NCBI RefSeq assembly: GCF_006345805.1
Contig: NC_043003.1
Span: forward strand, 57,412,001 to 57,476,000
Length of the DNA: 64,000 bases
From: Octopus sinensis
Taxonomy: Eukaryota
Direction of reading: 5' to 3'
This document shows positions 54,018-64,000 of the stretch, one piece after another. The notes under the pieces were generated by a model. It was not told the DNA's origin, did no database searches, and saw only the letters and a list, made by a program, of their open reading frames with translations. The number at the start of each line of letters is the position of its first letter. The stretch's first letter is position 1. The position numbers and the translations under genes are program-made.

Positions 54018-54174
54018 GATAGATAGATAGATATATAGATAGATAGATATGTATATATATGTGCGTGTATATATTCATATACATATATATATATACATAT
54101 ATACATATATATATATACATATATTCATATATATATGTATATGTATATGTATGTATATATATATATAGAGAGAG

Positions 54175-54235
<61 letters not shown>

Positions 54236-54555
54236 TTAGATAGATAGATAGATAGATGCGTGTCTGTTGCTATACTCATGCCCGTCACGCCATCGATGAT
54301 TCCTCCTTTCTGTCTTCGTCGATCACCGTAACACCTCCAATCTCAGTCCCTCTCTTACCTACTCTTTCTCTCTTCTCTCTCTCTCCCTCTTTCTTTCTCT
54401 CTCTATTTTCCATCATTTGGGTAGGGTGGGAACTATCGTCACATATTCTAGAGGAAACTAAAACATATACCCACTTCATTCACCCATCAACACAACGCAT
54501 ACTTTCACTTTGCAGCCTCTCCACTCACTCTTCCTCCATTTGTTTGCGTACGATA

Positions 54556-54650
<95 letters not shown>

Positions 54651-54743
54651 CGTATGTGTATATCTATGTATGTATGCTGCTTTGTCTTTTTCTCACAAGT
54701 ATCCTTGATCTGTTTCTGATATGTACGACTGTGTGTGTGTGTT

Positions 54744-54774
<31 letters not shown>

Positions 54775-55784
54775 ATATGTATATATATACATATACATAC
54801 ATTCATGCATACATACATATACATTCATATATATATATGTATATGTATATATATATGTGTGTCTATATATATATATATATAGATATACATACATACATAT
54901 ATGCATGCATACATACATATACACTTTTATATATATGTATATATGTAAATGTATATATGTGAGTGTATGTGTGTGCATATATATGTATTTACATATGAAT
55001 GCATACCCTTTTTAATCACACGCACACATACACACACACACACACGCACATACACACATATACATATACAGTCATACACACGTATGTATAGAGATGAATG
55101 CATGTATGTGTATTAAAAAGCCTGAAACATCTTTGTATATCATTGTGTGTTTATACACTTTTTTGATACGATTCATTTCCCTTTCATTGAGCATTTCCCC
55201 CCTCCCACCTTCACTCATCGCTTTCCACAATTTATTTTCAGTATAACTATGAATTACTTATCTATATAATTTACATGGGAAAGTGTGTGTATGTACCCGA
55301 GAGAGTGTGTGATTATTTAATGTCTACAATACGTCTGTATATCCGGGCTTTATCATTTCATCATGGGTTTGTTTCATTTTTTATGTTCCCAGCAGTTTCT
55401 TTGTAGCTATAAAATTCTAAACGTTTCTAAACTTTTGTAGTCTCAACTTCAGTATGAGGTGATTTTGGCGTGTGTTGCTGCCTTTTTCTATATGTCTGTG
55501 TCAATGCGATTAACGCAGGTTTAACCAGAAAAATTTGTATTTTTTACCGTCAGATTTCTAAACCATTCCTCGGTTGTATATTTCTGTGTGTGGCTGATAT
55601 ATGTTACCTGCCTGTTTACTTTAACGTTCTGCTGCTCTGCACGTATTTATTTCTACCATCATTAATTGTGCATTTTTTGCGGGTAATTCTGGACGAGTTG
55701 CATAAAGAAATATAGAGTGAAATACATATTGGAGAACACATCTATTATGACTGCACTAACAATATATAACGTATATATACCATC

Positions 55785-56133
55785 TTTTTATTCTCTTCTT
55801 GATTTCAGTTATTGGACTGTAGGCTAACGGGTGGCACCCCATTCAAGAATTGTACTCGAACAAATCAACGCAGTACATATCGTTTTAGCACCTGGTACTT
55901 ATTCAACGATTCACTTTTTGCTACATTACTAAGTTACGATAAGGTAACCAAAGCTAGCACCTTTTGCTAACACCTTTTACGGTGACGTAAACACACCAGC
56001 ATCGGTTGTCAAGCGATTTTGAAGGGGACAAGCACAGACACACACACACACACACACATACATATATATATACATATATACGACGGGCTTCTTTCAGTTT
56101 CCGCCTACCAAATCCACTCACAAGGCTTTGGTC
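55785..56133 (-). mobile_element. Composite SINE family A
   Basis: Tail, (CA)n, then cgacgggcttctttcagtttccgcctaccaaatccactcacaaggctttgg. Confidence 0.75.
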
Positions 56134-56499
56134 ATAATATCCTTGACGCCAAGTACTGTTCAGAACCCCCTCATGTGTGTGTGTATATAAATATATATAT
56201 ATACATTTGTGAAAAGGGCGAACGTTTTCTCACAAGCTCTTGTGCTGGCAAAAGTGTTAGTAAATATGATCGGATTGACCTGAACATTTGCACACTTATG
56301 TTAAAAGTGCTGGGGAATTTGCATGGCAACTTTGAGCTTGCTCAAAGGAAAGACGTGGCCTCTAGGGCAAAATTTCTCATCTTTAAAATATGGCCCGAGC
56401 AGACCCGGATGAAATTGAGTTATAATACTGGTATACGCACACACGCACACACACACATAAACACACACGTATGTATATGTGTGGGAGGTACGTGTTTCT

Positions 56500-56690
56500 C
56501 CCCACCGCCGGATGACAACCGGTATTGGTATCTTTACATCCCCGTATTTTAACGGTACGATAAAAGACACCAATTGCTTAAGTATCAGGCTGAAAAAAAA
56601 ATACTGGGGTCGATTCATTCGACAAAGAACGTCCTGAATGTGCTGCCCCAGAATGGCCGTAGCCTAATGGCTGAAACAAGTACGAGATAC
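56500..56690 (+). mobile_element. SINE family A tail
   Basis: gacaaccggtattgg...ctggggtcgattcattcgac...tgaaacaagta. Confidence 0.65.
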
Positions 56691-57342
56691 AAGTTGCAAT
56701 TAGTCATAATACTGGGTCCATCCCAATAAAATAGGAATCAAAGGGTTCTCCAGGCAAAAAAATGGTTGAGAAACAGTATTTTGAGAGTAACTGTTGTTCT
56801 AGTTAGGGTGGTCGATCGGAACAGCACGTTGTTGAGAACATCAGCACGAGTTCAGTTTCTTTCATATACAAATAGGGAATAGTTGGGCAGACAGAACAGG
56901 TGCTGCCTCAGCATGGCACAGTCTAATGAATGAAACAAGTAAAAGATAATAGAAAGGAAATAGAAAATATCGATTGTACTCGTGTATAATGATAATTTTA
57001 ATTTTAAATGACGCTGAAGCTTTCATTGCTTTGCCTCTATGTCTTCACTGCTTTTCTTCACTATTTAGAGAGTAAGGAAAGGAAAGAAGAAAATAAAATC
57101 GATAGTATGTAATTTCTAAATATTTTCAATGAACACAGACCAACTAGTTTCTTGATCCCAAGTAATGTTGTATTGAGATGTTCAAATAAGAGCGAAATAA
57201 CGTTATCTACAACCACTGGGACATTCAAAATGAGAAGGAAAGAAAAAGCTAATTATATGGTAACATTATTTCATATGTTCTCTTACTCAAAAGAAAAAGA
57301 CTTCTCATAATAGTAATAATAATTAATAATAATAATAATAAT

Positions 57343-57400
<58 letters not shown>

Positions 57401-57417
57401 TAATAATAATTAATAAT

Positions 57418-57463
57418 ACACTCGGCGAGAAACGGAAGAAAATTTGAAGAAAGAAGGAAAAAC
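57418..57463 (+). mobile_element. Extreme 3' fragment of the Dong-like element within (TAA)n
   Basis: acactcggcgagaaacggaagaaaatttgaagaaagaag matches the reverse complement of 43673-43709 (acactcggcaagaaatggaagcatatttgaaagaag). Confidence 0.7.
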
Positions 57464-57496
57464 ATCATCATCATCATCATAATAATAATAATAATG

Positions 57497-57528
<32 letters not shown>

Positions 57529-58565
57529 TAATAATAATAATAGGAAAGAGAAATGACAATTCCTGAGCGGTTCTACCCTTTAAAGGCAAACTTCACCTTC
57601 CCCACTAACATCAACAGTCGTCAAGTTTCCCGTAAAATACAGAATTCATTCGTTACGGACTACATATATATGGGTGTTCAATGAGGGGAGATACACTTAA
57701 AGTTACAAGAAACATTGTTGAAAAAGAGGGAGTGGAGAAGAGAAAGAGAAAAGAGACTAGTGTTAAGAAACAAAGTATGCTCCCATATGTAATTGGTGAG
57801 TAATATGTAATAATATTTATATTATACGGAGCGGTTGCAAAAAGCGGTTGACTGAGATTTTGAATGCCGTTAGATAAATCGAGCTCTCTCTAGGTGTGTC
57901 TGGAATCTGAAGACGACAACCAAGGGAGATTATTCCAATAAGCTCAAATGAAATTTTATAAAAATACAGAAAATGCAGTATAAGAGTAGATCTGTTCGTC
58001 AAACAAACTCAAGAAAAACACATAAATGTAAAAAGTACGTACATACCATACGTATGTACGAATGGTATGTATGTATGTATGTATGTATGTATGTATGTAT
58101 GTATGTATGTATGTATGTATGTATTTACGTATGGTTAGGTTCCACCGGTATAATACACATAAATAAATAAAATGTATACAAAGGTAATTCGAAATAACAA
58201 GTAATTTAATTTATCTACATCTAAGCAATTTCGACAGTGATTATCGGTGGTTATGTTTACAGTCTAAATGATCAAACATAGTCTTTAATTAAAAATTAAT
58301 GACCGCTGTGATAAACTCAATACACAGGAACACAAACTTACACACACACGTACGCACATTAACACATAAACACATACACACACCTACAAATATACATCGT
58401 TTGAAAGTGTAGGTGTCAATAAAACCATTATATTTATGTATGTATAAATATACATACATACAAACATACATTATATATATATACTACAAACATATATTTT
58501 ATATTTATATATTTATACATATACATATATATCTATATATATCTATATATAATATATATATATAT

Positions 58566-58613
<48 letters not shown>

Positions 58614-58669
58614 ATAATTTACAATATTGACTGTGTAAGACTTCACTTTTTTAGGACCTCGGAATGATA

Positions 58670-59575
58670 AAAGGGAGAAGTGACCCCGATAGAATTTGAA
58701 CTCAAAACGTAAAAATATCTTTGTGTAAACAGAAGTACTGGAAGGTCATTTTTAGCCGGGCAAATACTTAGCGACATTTCATTCGTCTTTACATTCCGAA
58801 TCCAAATTCCGCTGAGGTCCACTTTGCCTTTCATCCTTTCGCGGTCGAAAAAAATAATACCAGTCGAGCGCTATCAAAATCTGAAACCAAAATACGAACA
58901 AGACCACACATCTTAGGTAATCCTATAGTCGATTATAACGAGAGACGTACTTCATTGGTCAAAATGGGGAATCCATCCATGATGGCATAGCAGTGAACCG
59001 ACGATGGAGACTCTACATACTACTGAAACAGCAAATAAATCTCTACTGATAATGAGCTAACGAGTGTGCCTCTGTTTAATTGTAAGGCAGTAAGAGAATC
59101 ACTGCTTGATCAGTCAGGAGTTTTACGTAACAGCTAAGAAGTCTTCTCATTGATAATGCGTGAAAGGTACTGTATTCTAAACGCGTTTCTACCCACTCAT
59201 TACGCTCCAAGTTCAAAATCTGCCGAGGTCGATTTTGCCTTTTATGATTTTTAAGGTTTGATAAAACAGGAAGCGGTTGAACTTGCCCAAGGTGCCACGT
59301 AGTGGAACAGAACCCAGAACCATGTGGTTGGGAAGCAAGCTTCTTGCTACACAGCCACGCGCATGGCCTAGCTCTCCGTTAATTACGACGGAGAGTGTTC
59401 CAGTTAATTGGCCAATTGAACTACAGTTACAACTCACTTTTGCCAGCTGAGTATACTGGAGCAACGCGAGATAATATATTTTGCTCAAGGATACAACGTG
59501 CCTCCGCGGCGAATCGAACTCAAAGACTTTATGGTCACAAGCCGAATATCCAAGTCCCTAAGTTACGTGCGTTCA
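58670..59575. mobile_element. Mixed SINE fragments of families B, A and D
   Basis: B core at 58755-58870 and 59200-59250, A head at 59280-59362 (-), D at 59400-59575 (-). Confidence 0.65.
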
Positions 59576-60157
59576 CAGAGCTGTACATACTTAAAACTAA
59601 TAAAAGAATATTGAAAATACAGAAGGTAAGACACGCCTGATCATTTGAGCTAAGAATAATATACGTACGTGTGTGCGTTTCGGTGTGCGCGTGTGTGTAT
59701 GTGTGTGTATTATTTTTGTTATGATTTCTTGTTTTTGTTCCATTGTAGTCTCAGTCTGAAGACGCGTGTCTAGGAAGCAAATCAATGAGGCACGGATAAT
59801 GATTTTGGCCAATTAATGTAATTACATTTTACTAATAGTATTAGGTACTTTTTTCTCCCGTTCGTTACTGCTAACACACACACGGATATACACACTCACT
59901 CCCTCACGCATATCTACATATATGTATTTGTGTGTGTGTGTGTTTTTTCTTTGTATGTGTGTGTGTTTTTTCTTTGTGTGTGTGTATGTATAAAATATAC
60001 TCACGCATATGTACGTATATGTGTATGTGTGAGTGTTATGAAATTACGTACATATACGTAATTTCATAAACACTCATATTATATACATATATATGTGTGT
60101 GTGTGTGTGTGTGTGTATGTGTGTGTATGCATATAAATATACATATATCTATATATG

Positions 60158-60195
<38 letters not shown>

Positions 60196-60337
60196 TATAT
60201 ATATTTACATATATATATGTATGTATATATATGTATATATACATATATATATGTATATATACATATATATATATTTATATATATATATGTTCATATATTA
60301 TAATATAATATACATGTATATATTATAACATCTATCT

Positions 60338-60370
<33 letters not shown>

Positions 60371-61589
60371 CTATATATATATATAATATATATTATATAT
60401 ATATATACACACACAGATACAAAACAGTGTGAGATAGACAAATGGAGAGAGACGTTACAATGTATTGAATTGAATCCGATTAAAATAAAAGCACTTTCAC
60501 TCACCTCATACACATAGTCAAAAATATGCTCTCACACAGAAACAATATCAGACAGACAGAGAAAAAAAATGCAGGGAGGAGAACGATAGAAACATTATAA
60601 TGTATGTTAAATAAGCCAGCGTCGAAGCAGCGACGGCAAAACACCTGTGCCAAAATGTCTGCGCCAAGACACCTGCGCCAAAAACCCCTCATTCTAAATA
60701 AGCTTCAAATTACTCTACCCTTGGCATTGACCTCATTGTCAGTTTCTCTCCAGTAGTTTCAAATCTCAAACCAATTCAAGTTGAAGCCATTCTGCCACTT
60801 CATATCAAATTGCAACGTTGAACTACGATTTGAGCAACTATAACTAGTTACATCTTATTCTACGGTCATAATTCTTTTTATATACATCACTCAATATTGA
60901 AAATATATCATCTCGTGGTGTAGATTTGTCAATTAGTGCTAGAAGAAAATTACATAATGTACAACAGAACATATGAACAAATCAAATTATATACAAGAAT
61001 TTATAGCCATGATTGAATTAATTACCTAATAAGATTTTCATCGTAAAGTGATATTAAACATTGAGATAGGCAATCAATTGATACGTGTTTCGGATCACGT
61101 CTTTGAAACTTGCTTTCATTTTTTTTTTTTTTTTTGGTTCAAATAATTGGATATAGTATCTAATATTACAATTTATATCAAATCTTGTACTTGCTCTAAA
61201 CTGAGGTTTTGAAAGATGGACACTGTGAAACCAGTGCTAACATCTAGAAATATATATTTGGTAGTTGTTGCAGAACCGTTGATAGTTTCGATACAAGAGG
61301 CGTTGACATATATCGCGCCAGTAAAAAAGAGGTATGTGTTAATACAAACACAATAGCAGGAAACTAGAAATAACGAAGAAGTGAGTCATCATCCTCGAAA
61401 GAATATGAATATATTGACACATATATATACGTATTTTTTTATATATCACACACATCCAAAACACACACTAACACACGAATTCATAAAATCATAATTACTG
61501 AACATTCTTAAGTGGTTTCTAGCCCTTCTGGCCTTTTATATTTTTACCGTTTTGTCAATGACAATTTCTCATTCTCAATCACTTTGTGG

Positions 61590-61725
61590 CTGTCCCATTT
61601 TGCTGATGAAGGCCTTACGTCCAAAACGTTATGGCACGTTCTTTTTCCATTAAGCGTTAAGCTACTACCGCATTTGTTAAATTAGTCCTCCTCTGTTGTC
61701 CCTGTTGTCGTACTTTGTATTCATG
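61590..61725 (+). mobile_element. Degenerate minimal-HHR 3'-end family member
   Basis: CTGATGA-aGG..CC-aAAA-CGTT at 61603-61630, then taagcgtt..tactac, as in 9364-9440. Confidence 0.5.
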
Positions 61726-62238
61726 AGCATGTATGTGCGTGTGTTGGGGAGGGGGAGGGGCGTGTGTGTATTTATTCCATGAAGTTGCTAAATCCCTTTT
61801 CCGACCGACATCCAAAAGTTCTTTTACACTTAGTCTTCGCACATTTAATTTCAACAAATATTTGTTTCATCCTTACAACGGAATTCTCACCAAAATGACC
61901 TTTCCCACCGACAAACATTTCAATGGTACTGAAAGTGTTAGGAAGATACGTCTAATAACTTGTGTTTTACTCATCACTCCAAGAGTTCATTAAGATATTA
62001 ATACACAACTTTTACGTAAATTCACTAAAAATGTCAATGTTTAAAATATCAATGATTAATAATAGTGAGATGAAACGACGTCGAAATGTGCGCTTGCATG
62101 AAACAAAATGGAAACAGCGCTTCACTTCAAGCATGGTCATTCATTCTCTACTTTGTATTTAAAATAAATAAACATTAATGAGGAAAAATCGCTTTTTATT
62201 TTAGGACACACCACACACACACACACACCTATATATAT

Positions 62239-62309
<71 letters not shown>

Positions 62310-62651
62310 CTAAATTATATATCCATACAAAACTGAACTGTAATCCAATTCATATTTTGGCCGTAGGATGTAGATTGAACAATAAATAATTCATCGTAAT
62401 ATTGCTCCAAAAAGAAACCATGATACTTACGTGGGAAGGAATTGACATGTCATGTGAATGTTACAAAGTCAAACATACATAGATACGTGCATACACACAT
62501 ACATACAAACATACGGATATACATACATGCATACATACGTAGTTATACAGACATACACAAACACACACACACAGTCCGCCAATTTAAAAATCTGATGGAT
62601 ATGAACATAGTATTCGTTTAAAAACCATCAGGTTTCCCAGTCGGACGCACT

Positions 62652-62729
<78 letters not shown>

Positions 62730-63313
62730 TATTATATATATATATATATATATACATATACATACATATATATGTATATGTATACATGTGCGTTATATAT
62801 ATATATGTATGTTTGTGGTATATATATATATATATATATATACACACAAACATACATATATATATATATAAACGCACATGTAAGGAGGCATACGTATGTG
62901 TTGTGTTGTGTGTGGTGTGAGGGTTCCACATGTGCGGGGTTATGTCCAAATGTGTCTCTGAATATGTGTAAAAACTTTATAAGGTCCTTGGGGGCAAGGA
63001 AACAACCACTTGTCAGCTGGGTATTGTCAGTCTATCCAGTTTGACGTCTGTTTGTATTAAGACATGGCTAAACAAACAAGCTATTCCTTAAATATTTTAC
63101 AACCGATGAAATCCCTATGGTATGTGCTATAATTAATGAAAAAGTCCCTCCATCAAATAACACGTGCTGTGTCAACCCTTTCTCCTTAATACGGCAAAAT
63201 AATTGAAAAGAAGGGGAAGAAAATGAAGGAAAGGAGATTACCAAAATCACTTTCAGTTCTTAAGTACATAAGCAGTGATTATGTGTATGTGTGTGTGTAT
63301 GTGTGTCATTCTC

Positions 63314-63358
<45 letters not shown>

Positions 63359-63846
63359 GTATGTATATATTTCCTTGTCTTTTAGAATAATAATAATAAT
63401 AATAATAATATTAATAATAATAATGATAATAATAATACACACACACACATATATATATATAATATATGTTGATAGATAGATAGATAGATAGATAGATAGA
63501 CACATGTGTACTTAAAATATATATATATATAGATAGATATAGATTGATAGATAGATATGGATACATTTATTGGTGTAAGTTCAATAAATGTGTGTGTAAA
63601 TATAAGTGTATATATGTGAATATGCATATCTATCTGTATATATATATATGCATATACACACACACATATATATATATATATTATATATATATATATATAT
63701 ATACATATATACATATGTATATACACACATATATAGATATATATATGTGTATGTATGTACGTATGTATATATTATACAGCTATATGCATACAAGTATACA
63801 GACACACGCACGCACACGCTCGCACACACACACACAGAGACAAACA

Positions 63847-63895
<49 letters not shown>

Positions 63896-64000
63896 TATAT
63901 TATATATATATATATATATACATACTTATATACACAAATATATGTGATATATACATGTGCCTGTGTGCGTGTGTGGGTATTTTAATATACTGGCATCGGG

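Overview
AT-rich eukaryotic non-coding DNA saturated with microsatellites ((TA)n, (CA)n, (TAGA)n, (CATA)n, (TAA)n, (GAA)n) and mobile-element remnants. The repeat make-up resembles an octopus or other cephalopod genome (inference, no database used). I found no credible host gene, and almost all ORFs in the track are translated microsatellites. Recognisable content: several tRNA-derived/CORE-like SINE families, two mariner remnants, Tc2-like and hAT MITEs, and an R4/Dong-type RLE retrotransposon remnant with short fragments in (TAA)n. The most notable signal is a dense set of short non-coding elements carrying type I hammerhead ribozyme (HHR) motifs: 3 with intact cores and helix III, and about 10 mutated or partial. 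They mostly end in (TA)n tracts, have extended helix II and very short or palindromic helix III, and occur either as a ~559-bp tandem dimer or as fold-back copies whose inversion starts 82-88 nt from the 3' end. This points to non-autonomous Penelope-like/retrozyme families. All folds and alignments were done by eye, and element boundaries are approximate.
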